From Crocinitomicaceae bacterium (GTDB lineage: Bacteria > Bacteroidota > Bacteroidia > Flavobacteriales_D > Crocinitomicaceae), in the NCBI GenBank assembly GCA_029249445.1, contig JAQWHI010000012.1:1061-65060 (forward strand): a stretch of 64,000 bases of DNA. The letters run 5' to 3'. The notes below the pieces were generated by a model. That model worked only from the letters and a program-made list of their open reading frames with translations, searched no databases and was not told the origin of the DNA. Below are positions 38,248 through 47,295 of the stretch, piece by piece (the stretch's first letter is position 1; the number at the start of each line of letters is the position of its first letter). A program made the position numbers and the translations under genes.

Positions 38248-39474
38248 TTAGAAGTGTACGTTCCAACGATTCCGCTGATCCTTATAAAAGAGCAATTCGC
38301 CTTTGCAGTGTCTTTTTGCTTTTCCTTCCCCACTATTTATGGCGAGATTGACTGAGGCGTCGGCCCGGTCAAATTCTCCTTGCCAAATTAATAATTCAGC
38401 CAAATTGCAATGAAGCATTGCGGTTACTTTTGGATTTATTCTTGTTTTCTTATCGTTCGGATTACTTTCCTCTAAGATTAATTTAATTGCATTTATTGCT
38501 TCTTCTAGTTTGTCCATTGCGCCGGATCGGTCGCGGTCCTGTGACACTTTTGAGAGCGCTGAGGTAGCGATTGAGTATGCATTTGTTACATCGGTGTAAT
38601 CGTAACTCTTGAATTTCTTGACAGAATATATTTCGGCTTTTCTGGACTTCATAACGTATCCAAACTGGCTGTTTATCGCGTTGTTCAGGTCGCTGAGGAC
38701 TTCCGTTCTTGCTGTTGATTCTAGTTTCAAGAAGAGGTCATCTTTGTGGTCCATCATGTAAAGTTCGTGATCGTATTGACTTTTTTGATTGGCCATTTTA
38801 TATGATTTTTCTTCCGTGAACATTGTTGTTTCCATCAAAATTCCTTCTGTTGGACTCGCAACAACAATTCCTACTGGCATTTGGTATTTTGCAGTGTATT
38901 TATATCTCGTTGAGCTTCCTGAACCATATTTTTTTGTAACGATACGAATGTTTTGTATTGGCTGTATTTTCACAATAATTTGAACCTCTCCAGATCCTTG
39001 TTTAAATCCAGATAATGTGATACGTTCAGTTGCTTGATCTTCGGAAAAAGAAGAGTGTAGTTGTGGCTCTTGCAGCTGAGGATAAATCGGTTGGGTCGGA
39101 TATTTGGGTGCCGCAGGTTTTGGAAGTGCTGTTCCGTCGGCATTTTTTATTCCAGCATTTACCTTTTTTTCCCATGAAGAGAGTTGTGTATAGTACATTC
39201 TATCTATAGAGTCTTTTTGCGCGTAATAGATATCCATTTGAAATAGGAACCGTTGCATAGCAGATTCTTTGCGCGCATTGAATATTGCTATGCTATCTTG
39301 ATTGGCTTGGTTGTATTCATGGACGACAAGGACTTCAAACAATGAATGTTGAGGGTCAATCTTAGTAAGCGGTAGTTGAATGTATGAAAATGTGAATTTG
39401 TTGTCGTTGATAATCTGTGAATGGGCAATACAGACTCCAAAAAACACCAAAGCAAAAAGCAGAAAATTCTTCAT
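38248..39474 (-). CDS. hypothetical secreted protein
   Basis: Start moved to the ATG at 39474 (MKNFLLFALVFFGVCIAHSQ signal peptide), which removes the overlap with the divergent flavoprotein gene. I recognise no family. The C-terminal region looks helical-repeat-like. Confidence 0.65.
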   Translation of the reverse strand: MKNFLLFALVFFGVCIAHSQIINDNKFTFSYIQLPLTKIDPQHSLFEVLVVHEYNQANQDSIAIFNARKESAMQRFLFQMDIYYAQKDSIDRMYYTQLSSWEKKVNAGIKNADGTALPKPAAPKYPTQPIYPQLQEPQLHSSFSEDQATERITLSGFKQGSGEVQIIVKIQPIQNIRIVTKKYGSGSSTRYKYTAKYQMPVGIVVASPTEGILMETTMFTEEKSYKMANQKSQYDHELYMMDHKDDLFLKLESTARTEVLSDLNNAINSQFGYVMKSRKAEIYSVKKFKSYDYTDVTNAYSIATSALSKVSQDRDRSGAMDKLEEAINAIKLILEESNPNDKKTRINPKVTAMLHCNLAELLIWQGEFDRADASVNLAINSGEGKAKRHCKGELLFYKDQRNRWNVHF

Positions 39475-39520
39475 GGAATGTTTTTGTAGTAAAGCTATTA
39501 ATTTTCTTTTAGTTTCGGAG

Positions 39521-39528
39521 TATATTTG
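39521..39528 (+). promoter_or_regulatory. -7 promoter box (TATATTTG) 4 nt from the start codon
   Basis: TATATTTG ends 4 nt before the ATG at 39533. Confidence 0.45.
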
Positions 39529-39532
39529 TCTC

Positions 39533-40738
39533 ATGCGCATAGCAATTGTTGGAGGTGGAGCTGCTGGATTTTTCTCAGCGATCCATGTAAAGGAAAATTA
39601 TCCGAATGCACAAGTTGTGATTTTTGAAAAATCGAATAAAGTACTTTCTAAAGTCAAAATTTCTGGAGGAGGTCGTTGCAATGTAACGAATGGGTGCACT
39701 GACATCAAAGAGCTTTCAGAGGCTTATCCTCGAGGGGGTAGGAAATTGAGGAAAGCATTTGGGGTTTTCAATACGAAACATACGATGGATTGGTTCGAGT
39801 CACGTGGAATTGAATTGGTAGTTCAAGAAGACAATTGTGTGTTTCCGAAAACACAAAACTCACAAACGATTATTGATTGTTTTTTATCTGAAACGCGCCG
39901 GCTTGGAGTTGAGTTACACACAAGCATGGGAGTAAAGCGGATCAGCAGGGCTGGAAAGCAAATACAACTTAATTTTATTGATTCAGAAGAAGTTTTTGAC
40001 CGTGTTATTATAACAACAGGAGGCTCTCCGAAGCGCTCTGGTCTAGCTTGGTTGGAGGAATTGGGGCATACAATTGTAGCTCCAGTACCATCGTTGTTCA
40101 CGTTCAATATGCCAAAAGAATCGATTCGCGAGCTAATGGGAGTTGTGATTGAAAATCCGGCGGTGAATATTCAAGGAACAAAACTAAAATCTGAAGGGCC
40201 ACTATTGATTACACATTGGGGTATGAGTGGTCCTGCGATTTTGAAATTATCTGCGTTTGGTGCTCGAGTTTTAGGCCAGAGGAATTATGAATTTAAAACT
40301 CAAATAAACTGGGTGAATATACAGAATACGGAGTTGGTTTTAACAGAATTGAAGTCAATAAGTCAAGCACATAAAAATAAAATTTTAGCCAATTATAGAC
40401 CTTATTTATTGCGAGAACGCTTATGGTATTTTCTTATTGAACGCGCAGGACTTTCAAAACAATCAACTTGGGGTCAACTCGGTAAAAAAGCAATGAATAA
40501 ATTGACGAATGTTCTTACGAATGATGTTTATGACGTAGAAGGAAAAACAACCTTTAAAGAGGAGTTCGTTACGTGTGGAGGTGTGAGTCTTGAAAGTATC
40601 GACTTCAGAACGATGCAAAGCACAGTTTTTCCAAACCTTTATTTTGCCGGAGAGGTTGTTGATATTGACGGGATTACTGGAGGATACAACTTTCAAGCCG
40701 CTTGGACAACCGCTTTTCTTGCCGCAAAGTTGGGATAG
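39533..40738 (+). CDS. HI0933/BaiN-family NAD(P)/FAD-dependent oxidoreductase
   Basis: MRIAIVGGGAAGFFSAIH...KISGGGRCNVTN and the C-terminal GGYNFQAAWTT are hallmarks of the family. The track's 51-aa N-terminal extension is rejected. Confidence 0.9.
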   Translation: MRIAIVGGGAAGFFSAIHVKENYPNAQVVIFEKSNKVLSKVKISGGGRCNVTNGCTDIKELSEAYPRGGRKLRKAFGVFNTKHTMDWFESRGIELVVQEDNCVFPKTQNSQTIIDCFLSETRRLGVELHTSMGVKRISRAGKQIQLNFIDSEEVFDRVIITTGGSPKRSGLAWLEELGHTIVAPVPSLFTFNMPKESIRELMGVVIENPAVNIQGTKLKSEGPLLITHWGMSGPAILKLSAFGARVLGQRNYEFKTQINWVNIQNTELVLTELKSISQAHKNKILANYRPYLLRERLWYFLIERAGLSKQSTWGQLGKKAMNKLTNVLTNDVYDVEGKTTFKEEFVTCGGVSLESIDFRTMQSTVFPNLYFAGEVVDIDGITGGYNFQAAWTTAFLAAKLG

Positions 40739-40747
40739 TTCACACAA

Positions 40748-43084
40748 CTACAGTGAAAACAACTTCATCCCAATAAAAAAGGTACGTGGCAAAGACGGCC
40801 CATAGACAAAATTACTGTCTCTGTTTTTTCCAAGATCAAAGTAGGGTTGGTATGAATTGAAAATGTTCTTGATTCCAACAAATAATTCTAAGCCGCATGC
40901 AATCTCTTTAAATATGAATTTATAACCCGATTTAATACTAAGCTCAAAAAAGTTTTGTGAACGTATGAATTCATCGTTTGGAACGCCTTCAGCTCCAGCC
41001 ATATGGAGAACTTTCATCTCTCCAGTGTAAACAGCATTGAGTGTTGTAGTGAATGGTTTTTTTGGAGTATAAAATAGAGTTCCGTACCCATAAATAGATG
41101 GTGTTTTTAAAAATTCAGAAGTACTTGGAAGTTCATCAGAATAGAAAATAGGGCTGTCGTACAAACTGCTTTGTAGGGTCATTCCTGCATCGAGTTCAAT
41201 TTTTTTATTGTAGTTCCCTCGAATTTGCAGTGAGGTTCCCATTACTTTGGCGCCATCGCCATTGCGTTTTTCAAATACTTCTCCATAGGCATCTTCACCA
41301 AGTGGCTGCATGTAGAACGCATTTTTTAATTCCGTGTAAAATCCTTCCAACGTAAACCCTATGATGTAGTTCTTTTTTGAGTTATCCATGTTGACAGAAG
41401 CACTCAGACTATTTGAGTGTTCTTCTTTTAGTTCATCGGATAGAAAAACGCGCGAAACTCCGCCTCCGGCAAAGGCAATATGTAGGTCTGTGTCAAAAGC
41501 TTGCGGTGCCCTAAATCCTGTTCCCCATGCGAGACGGAATTGGGTTGACTTTTTGAGTTTTAAAAGAAAGGCAGCACGCGGACTGATAATAGCATTACGA
41601 AGCATATTGTGCTTATCTGCTCGTGCTCCTAAGAGTAAACTTAAATTCGGGGTTATTTCCCAGTCGCTTTGTAAAAACACACCTAGATTCGCTGTAAGTT
41701 GATTGACCTTGTAGTTATATGCTGGAATGTCATCTCTTACATTATCTTCGATATATTCGCTGCCAATTGTAATAATATTCGATCCTTTGATAAAATTATT
41801 AATGCGATGATTCAGTTGTGTTCCACCTTGAATTGTTGTGACAAGTGAATTTCCGTAGGGTGGTGCACTTAGATGTGTTATTATTTCAATACTGTCGTCC
41901 GGGAAAATACCAGTGTAGTGAAGACGTGTAGTCTGCTGTGCCGCGCTATAAGCAATTAGTGAGGTGTTGTTGTTATTAAAGTTGATTTGATAATCTGCAC
42001 TTCCAACTAAAACATGGTGTGTTCGTTCTTCTGACTGCAACGCTAAATGAGGTGCACCTTGAACAATTTCACCACCATATCTGAATTCGTTAATTGAGCT
42101 TAAACTAATTTCTATTTTTTGGTTTTTGCTCGGTAAAACAAAAAGGTTGGCACCAAATGAAGTGTTCTTCAGTTCTGGGAGTTCAGAGAAATTATCGAGG
42201 TTGTCATCGTACATTTCTCGATTTCTATTGTTTACAAAAAAGGATGCACCAGCGTTTTTGTTTTCTGATAAAATTGTCCCATTGCCGCTAATGATGTTGT
42301 CTGAAGCGCTTCCATTTATGTTTTGGTAGTTGTTTGAAATATTAAATGTACTTTTTTTAGGAACCTTGGTGATCACATTAACAGTGCCTCCGATAGCACT
42401 TGAGCCATAGAGTGCAGATCCACCACCACGCACCACTTCAATGCGCTCAATCATGTTTGCTGGGATTTGTTCAAGCCCATAAAGTCCTGTTAGAGGGCTG
42501 AAAACAGCGCGTCCATTAATTAGTATTTGCGAATATCCTCCAGCCAATCCGTTCATCCGAAGTTGCGTATAATTGCATGTTTGACAATCTGTTTCAACAC
42601 GCAATCCAGGCTGAAATTTTAAACCTTCAGAAAGGTTGCAAGCTTGGACCCCATCCAGCGTTTTTGAATTAATAACATCAACAATAATGGGTGAATTTGT
42701 TTTGCGTTTATTCGTTCGCGTTGCAGTTACAACGACTTGATCGATAAGCTGTGGGTTTGGTTTTAATACAATTTTCTTGGTATGTTTTGGAAGTATTTTT
42801 GAAAGTTCAATTTCAATTTCATAGTCGGCATATTGCATGTCTGAAATTTGAAGGGTATACTTTCCAAAAGGAATATCTTTTATTATGAATTTTCCAGAAT
42901 TATCTGCAATCGCACCCATTGGAGTTCGTTTCAATCGAACTTTTACGAAGGAAGCAGGCAGAAGATTTTCGGTTTCATTTAAATCTTTTGATGTGAAAAT
43001 TGACCCGCTAATTGTACCCGTCTGCCCAAAAGTAAGCTGCTGTGAAAGTAGGAGTATAAGTAAGAAAAAGAAGTTCCGCATCAA
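40748..43084 (-). CDS. TonB-dependent receptor (metal-regulated candidate)
   Basis: Signal peptide, then TGTISGSIF...VKVRLK (CarbopepD_reg-like), a plug (VVRGGGSALYGSSAIGGTVNVITK), and a barrel ending ...FFIGMKLFSL. It is divergent from a DtxR-family regulator gene. Confidence 0.9.
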   Translation of the reverse strand: MMRNFFFLLILLLSQQLTFGQTGTISGSIFTSKDLNETENLLPASFVKVRLKRTPMGAIADNSGKFIIKDIPFGKYTLQISDMQYADYEIEIELSKILPKHTKKIVLKPNPQLIDQVVVTATRTNKRKTNSPIIVDVINSKTLDGVQACNLSEGLKFQPGLRVETDCQTCNYTQLRMNGLAGGYSQILINGRAVFSPLTGLYGLEQIPANMIERIEVVRGGGSALYGSSAIGGTVNVITKVPKKSTFNISNNYQNINGSASDNIISGNGTILSENKNAGASFFVNNRNREMYDDNLDNFSELPELKNTSFGANLFVLPSKNQKIEISLSSINEFRYGGEIVQGAPHLALQSEERTHHVLVGSADYQINFNNNNTSLIAYSAAQQTTRLHYTGIFPDDSIEIITHLSAPPYGNSLVTTIQGGTQLNHRINNFIKGSNIITIGSEYIEDNVRDDIPAYNYKVNQLTANLGVFLQSDWEITPNLSLLLGARADKHNMLRNAIISPRAAFLLKLKKSTQFRLAWGTGFRAPQAFDTDLHIAFAGGGVSRVFLSDELKEEHSNSLSASVNMDNSKKNYIIGFTLEGFYTELKNAFYMQPLGEDAYGEVFEKRNGDGAKVMGTSLQIRGNYNKKIELDAGMTLQSSLYDSPIFYSDELPSTSEFLKTPSIYGYGTLFYTPKKPFTTTLNAVYTGEMKVLHMAGAEGVPNDEFIRSQNFFELSIKSGYKFIFKEIACGLELFVGIKNIFNSYQPYFDLGKNRDSNFVYGPSLPRTFFIGMKLFSL

Positions 43085-43098
43085 GATGATTTAATATG

Positions 43099-43106
43099 CA
43101 AATATA
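43099..43106 (-). promoter_or_regulatory. -7 promoter box (TATATTTG) for the TonB receptor gene
   Basis: The minus strand reads TATATTTG, 14 nt upstream of the ATG at 43084. Confidence 0.5.
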
Positions 43107-43110
43107 ATAA

Positions 43111-43126
43111 GTTAGATTAATCTAAC
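43111..43126. promoter_or_regulatory. perfect 16-bp palindrome GTTAGATTAATCTAAC, candidate DtxR/MntR-family operator
   Basis: The sequence is self-complementary over all 16 bp. It sits 4 bp upstream of the receptor's -7 box in a 90-bp divergent intergenic region. The TTAG...CTAA half-sites recall DtxR/IdeR boxes. Confidence 0.6.
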
Positions 43127-43174
43127 ATTTTTTGTTTTAGATATTTTTATCTTCGTAATGTAAATTCCATTCTT

Positions 43175-43834
43175 ATGGCAACTCACATAAAGGAAAATTA
43201 TTTAAAGGCGATCTATTATCTTGATAGAAAGGACAAGAACATTTCAATGTCTGATCTGAGTAAAGACATGAAGGTCAGTATTCCAACAGTGAACAGTATG
43301 GTAAAGCGTTTACAGGAGGAAAAGTGGGTTGTCTATGAAAAATATAAACCTTTAAGGATTACCAAAAAAGGAAAGAAGCAGGCTGCTTTAATTATTAGAA
43401 AGCACCGGTTGACAGAAATGTATTTGGTACAGTTAATGGGTTTTGGTTGGGATGAGGTACATGATATTGCTGAAGAAATCGAGCATATAAAAATAGATGC
43501 ATTTTTTGATCGCATGGATACTCTTTTGGGGTTTCCTTCAGTGGATCCTCATGGCTCTCCAATACCAGATATACATGGGAATGTAGTTCAAAAATCTTAT
43601 CTAGAACTTTCAGAAGTGCTGCCCGGCGGGAACTACAGAGTTTGTGCGTTAAAGGACAGTTCAAAAGAATTTTTACAATATTTAAACCGTCAGGAGATTA
43701 AGTTGGGGACAACACTTGAAATCGCCCGTATTGAACCGTTTGATAAAAGCATAAAAGTAATTTACGGAAATAGTTCATCACTTGTTTTGAGCGCGGATGT
43801 TTGTTGTCGACTGATGGTTGAGCAAGTTTTTTGA
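43175..43834 (+). CDS. DtxR/MntR-family metal-dependent transcriptional regulator with C-terminal FeoA/SH3-like domain
   Basis: ENYLKAIYYL...VSIPTVNSMVKRL is the wHTH. RKHRLTEMYL....G..WDEVHDIAEEIEH is the metal-binding/dimerisation helix region. The protein is 219 aa. Confidence 0.9.
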   Translation: MATHIKENYLKAIYYLDRKDKNISMSDLSKDMKVSIPTVNSMVKRLQEEKWVVYEKYKPLRITKKGKKQAALIIRKHRLTEMYLVQLMGFGWDEVHDIAEEIEHIKIDAFFDRMDTLLGFPSVDPHGSPIPDIHGNVVQKSYLELSEVLPGGNYRVCALKDSSKEFLQYLNRQEIKLGTTLEIARIEPFDKSIKVIYGNSSSLVLSADVCCRLMVEQVF

Positions 43835-43926
43835 ATTGCAATTGGTTTACTTGGTAATATGAAACTCGTTCTATCTTTGACTGAATTGTACTTTGCCTGC
43901 ATAGAATGAATCTTTAAAAATAAAAT

Positions 43927-44346
43927 ATGGTACGTCTACTTCTAACTGCGATTATTATTACCTTGACTTGTAACGCATACAGTCAAAAGAAAAAAGTTAT
44001 TTATGACAAGGAAACCGGCTCGATCGAGGTGAATGGGGAGCCTTATGCCCAATTGGAAAAAGAAAATGCACCGGGGCAGTTGGGGATAAATAAGAACTTT
44101 ACAGTTTTAAATCTTGAGGGGAAGGAGCTGATTTACATGGCATTTAAGCAGAGAGTTGTAATAATTAATGGTAAAAAAGAGACACGGTCCTATTATCTTA
44201 TCACCTTTTTAGGCAGCAACAGATCATCAATCAAAAAAGGAACAATGACGGCGAATGGTGCAGCAAAGCTAATTGTCAAAAACAATTTAATTGTTGAGAA
44301 TGAAATTGACCCTACAGCAGAAAAAAAGTTCCATTTAAAGTATTAG
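43927..44346 (+). CDS. hypothetical secreted protein
   Basis: 139-aa ORF with an N-terminal hydrophobic signal (LLLTAIIITLTCNAYSQ). I recognise no family. Confidence 0.55.
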   Translation: MVRLLLTAIIITLTCNAYSQKKKVIYDKETGSIEVNGEPYAQLEKENAPGQLGINKNFTVLNLEGKELIYMAFKQRVVIINGKKETRSYYLITFLGSNRSSIKKGTMTANGAAKLIVKNNLIVENEIDPTAEKKFHLKY

Positions 44347-44540
44347 TATCTTTTTCACTGCAAAAAGACAATCAAAAGTGGAGAAGTATTTAAGCGGTAG
44401 CGATTATGAGTAGCGAAGCAATAAGTAAATAGATACAAGTCTTCGACATTTTAAAGGTTTAGGATGTGAATATTAATGTACAATATATATAACATTTTTC
44501 TAAGCTACAACCTATTGCCTGACCCTGTTGTTGGGCTCAT

Positions 44541-44580
44541 AAAAAAACCACCTCAAGGAATGATCCAGGGTGGTTTTTAA
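44541..44580 (-). terminator. putative rho-independent terminator for the 72-aa lipoprotein gene
   Basis: AAACCACC / GGTGGTTT form the stem, with a 16-nt loop. The minus strand then reads TTTTTTT. Confidence 0.5.
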
Positions 44581-44596
44581 CTAGAGACAAAGTTGA

Positions 44597-44815
44597 TTAA
44601 TTTGTCATACATTTGAGGCCATTAAGTGCTCTCTCTGCTTTATCTTCGTCATTCAGTCCATTTGCATATTCTTCGCATTCTTTTTGCAGATCTGCATCAT
44701 AGCTCGATGGATCCATTATACTCATTGCATTGTTAACACAATCACAAACATCAGGCCCTGATCCGCACGAACTAACAAGAGTTCCAAGGGCAAAAATTAA
44801 AAATAACTTTTTCAT
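44597..44815 (-). CDS. small Cys-rich lipoprotein, hypothetical
   Basis: MKKLFLIFALGTLVSSCGSG is lipobox-like. Five further Cys residues occur in 72 aa. Confidence 0.55.
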   Translation of the reverse strand: MKKLFLIFALGTLVSSCGSGPDVCDCVNNAMSIMDPSSYDADLQKECEEYANGLNDEDKAERALNGLKCMTN

Positions 44816-45012
44816 AGTACGTAAATTAGTTTAACCGAAAAATACGAAAAAACGTAATAGTATGCATTATGAAATTGATATTTCATAATTCAAGCCGTTT
44901 TTCAGTATGTTCAATGGGGAAAGAATTTTTTGTTCTTTCTGAAGAATAAAATACCTTTAGTTCGTCAAAATCTAATTTGAAGTTTAAAAGTTCACCATCA
45001 ATAGTTTAGCGT

Positions 45013-45795
45013 ATGCAAAATGAGAAAATGGAAAATTTGGTCAGATTCGCCCTTGTAGATGGAGAATTGAATGAAAAAGAAAGAGCAATTCTTTTTAAAA
45101 AAGCCAAGGAAGAAGGAATTGATCTTGATGAGTTTGAACTTTTCCTTAATGCAAAACTTTATGAGACGCAGCAAAACGCTAAGCACACAGAAAATTCCTC
45201 TTCAAAATCAAAAAAATGGGGAAATACAGAGAAGTGCCCTGCATGCGGAGCAATTACAAAGTCATTTACAACTTCTTGCTCTCATTGTGGTGTAGAGTTT
45301 CGAAATGTTTCGGCGTCTCGCAGAATAACAGAATTTTTTAAACAACTTGATGATTTGGAATCAAGTCGAGAAGAGAGCTTGTTTGAGTCGCAAAAACCAG
45401 ATTTTAGCTTGTCCTTTTGGAAGCTTGTAAAATGGTGGTTTTTTTGGTGGATACTCATTCCTTTGCATCTCGGGTCATTTCTTTTTTCGAGATTAAAACC
45501 TGTAAAGTGGTCAACAACAGACATCCGAAAAGAGGAGTTCATCATGAACTTTCCTATTTCTAATTCGCGTGAAGAAATGATCGAGTTCATAAATTTATCT
45601 GTGAGTAAAATTCAAAAAATACGTGTTTTGACCTATTTTGGGGAAGAGGGGAAGTATATTGCGAAATGGAATTCGATATGGAAGAAAAAGGCCCAACAAG
45701 TTTATACAAAAGCTAGAATTTCAATGATTGATGACGCTCAAACAATCGAGACACTTAAGCAGATTCTTGTTGAAGCGAATGTTATGAAAAAATAA
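45013..45795 (+). CDS. TerB-like N-domain / zinc-ribbon / membrane protein, hypothetical
   Basis: LVRFALVDGELNEKERAILFKKAKEEG resembles the TerB/DjlA-N ADG-x-ExxxL motif. CPACGA...CSHCG is a zinc ribbon. WKLVKWWFFWWILIPLHLGSFLF is hydrophobic. Confidence 0.6.
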   Translation: MQNEKMENLVRFALVDGELNEKERAILFKKAKEEGIDLDEFELFLNAKLYETQQNAKHTENSSSKSKKWGNTEKCPACGAITKSFTTSCSHCGVEFRNVSASRRITEFFKQLDDLESSREESLFESQKPDFSLSFWKLVKWWFFWWILIPLHLGSFLFSRLKPVKWSTTDIRKEEFIMNFPISNSREEMIEFINLSVSKIQKIRVLTYFGEEGKYIAKWNSIWKKKAQQVYTKARISMIDDAQTIETLKQILVEANVMKK

Positions 45796-45902
45796 TGAAA
45801 ACACTCATCACAATTGAGTACTGTAATCGATCCTTGAACATCTACTTTTCGGAAGAAAACAAAACGGCTATTTACTTTCTGTTTATTGGAGGTATATTTT
45901 TT

Positions 45903-45910
45903 TAGATTTG
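45903..45910 (+). promoter_or_regulatory. -7 promoter box (TAGATTTG) inside the track's longer ORF
   Basis: Exact TAnnTTTG match 29 nt before the ATG at 45940, which supports the shorter start. Confidence 0.4.
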
Positions 45911-45939
45911 TTGTACTACGTTACGAATTAAAAAACCAA

Positions 45940-46503
45940 ATGAAGACAATCAAAGCTATTAAATCCGCCTATTTATATCCGAGGCATATTAAGTCAACAG
46001 GAGCTCTTTTTGGAACATCAAAAGCTGTGGAGAATGAGATTACTCGCCTTGTTTCCTCTGATGAAGGAGAGGTAGTTGTTGAGTTTGGTATGGGGTTAGG
46101 GAACATCACAAAGGAAATTCTTAATCGAATGTCTACAAACTCCAAGCTTTTAGCATTTGAGTTGAACAGTAAATTTTGTGATCATGTTCGCGATGAAATC
46201 GACGATCCACGGCTAAAAATTATTAATGACAGCGCTGAGAATGCGAGAAAATATCTTGATGTTCAGGTAGTAAATGTTGTTTCTTCTTTACCATTAACCT
46301 TGATGGGTGAAACAGATGTTCTTTTTTCGTCAATAGTCAAGCTCATGTCTGAAGGGTCTTATTTTAGCCAAGTTCTTTTGAGGAAAAATGGAATTGAAAA
46401 ATTTCAACATTATTTTGGAGAACATCACCACGTACGCGTGGGGATAATGCCAAAATATCACATTTATCATTGCATTAAAGAGACGCCTACTATTAATTCT
46501 TAG
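45940..46503 (+). CDS. class I SAM-dependent methyltransferase (COG3963 / phospholipid N-methyltransferase-like, KsgA/Erm-related fold)
   Basis: ...IKSTGALFGTSKAVENEI....EGEVVVEFGMGLGNITKEIL carries a motif I of the type (V/L)-E-x-G-x-G-x-G. The ~188-aa size fits. Confidence 0.6.
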   Translation: MKTIKAIKSAYLYPRHIKSTGALFGTSKAVENEITRLVSSDEGEVVVEFGMGLGNITKEILNRMSTNSKLLAFELNSKFCDHVRDEIDDPRLKIINDSAENARKYLDVQVVNVVSSLPLTLMGETDVLFSSIVKLMSEGSYFSQVLLRKNGIEKFQHYFGEHHHVRVGIMPKYHIYHCIKETPTINS

Positions 46504-46650
46504 TCTTTTAAAGAGCTAAGTTTGATGTTTAAATCTCATCAAGACCGTTCTTTGGAATATGCAAGGTTAGTACGATAGTTTATGTATTGACCCATTGCCT
46601 ATTCCATTGTTTATTTATCCTACCTTTGCCTTGGTAAAAATGAAGATAAA

Positions 46651-47295
46651 ATGAAAATGAAATTTGGTTTCATCGCAATGATAGGATTATTGGTTGTTTC
46701 ATGTACTTCCGTGCAACCGGGAACTGTTTTTTATTCTGCTAATATTGAGCCTTTCAGCGGAACAGCTCCTATTGACACTCTAAAAACAATCCTCTATTCA
46801 AATAGTGAGTTAACAGTCTCGTATTCATCTAAAAAAAGTCAATTAGATTATAGAGTTCCAGATTTTTATGATTTATCAGTTGTTATTGACCGAAAAAAGA
46901 ATAAGCATTTGATTCTACTTGAAACTTCTTTGGGACTTTATGCAAAGCCTGCAACACTTTCGGAAGCGACAGATGCATTATCTATTAATGATTCAATCAA
47001 AGCTGTGCTCACGTCAGATACAATGTCCATTCTGGGCTATTTGTGTCACAAAGCAGAAATCCGTACCTCAAGTGGGACAAATGTTGTTTGGTATACCAAA
47101 GAGTTGGGAGTTGAATTCCATGATTTGAAGTTTCTTAACATGAACATTCAAGTTCCAGGATTTCCGTTGTCATTCTCAGGAAGCACTGATAACACGTTGG
47201 TTCGATTTAAAGCGGATTCGATTGTTACCCCAATTCAGACCGATACACTATTTTCAACCAAAATACCGGAGGGAGCCAAGCTTAAAGTAGATTAA
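46651..47295 (+). CDS. hypothetical lipoprotein
   Basis: MKMKFGFIAMIGLLVVSCTS is a lipobox. Any resemblance to GLPGLI-family proteins (VWYTKELGV...VPGFPLSF) is too weak for a family call. It converges on the giant gene with a 4-nt overlap. Confidence 0.6.
   Translation: MKMKFGFIAMIGLLVVSCTSVQPGTVFYSANIEPFSGTAPIDTLKTILYSNSELTVSYSSKKSQLDYRVPDFYDLSVVIDRKKNKHLILLETSLGLYAKPATLSEATDALSINDSIKAVLTSDTMSILGYLCHKAEIRTSSGTNVVWYTKELGVEFHDLKFLNMNIQVPGFPLSFSGSTDNTLVRFKADSIVTPIQTDTLFSTKIPEGAKLKVD

Noticed and set aside
46640-46654. Four-codon upstream ORF (ATGAAGATAAAATGA) whose stop overlaps the ATG at 46651
   Set aside because: It is too short, and in AT-rich DNA it is easily explained by chance. It may only mean that the real start is the ATG at 46651 or 46657.
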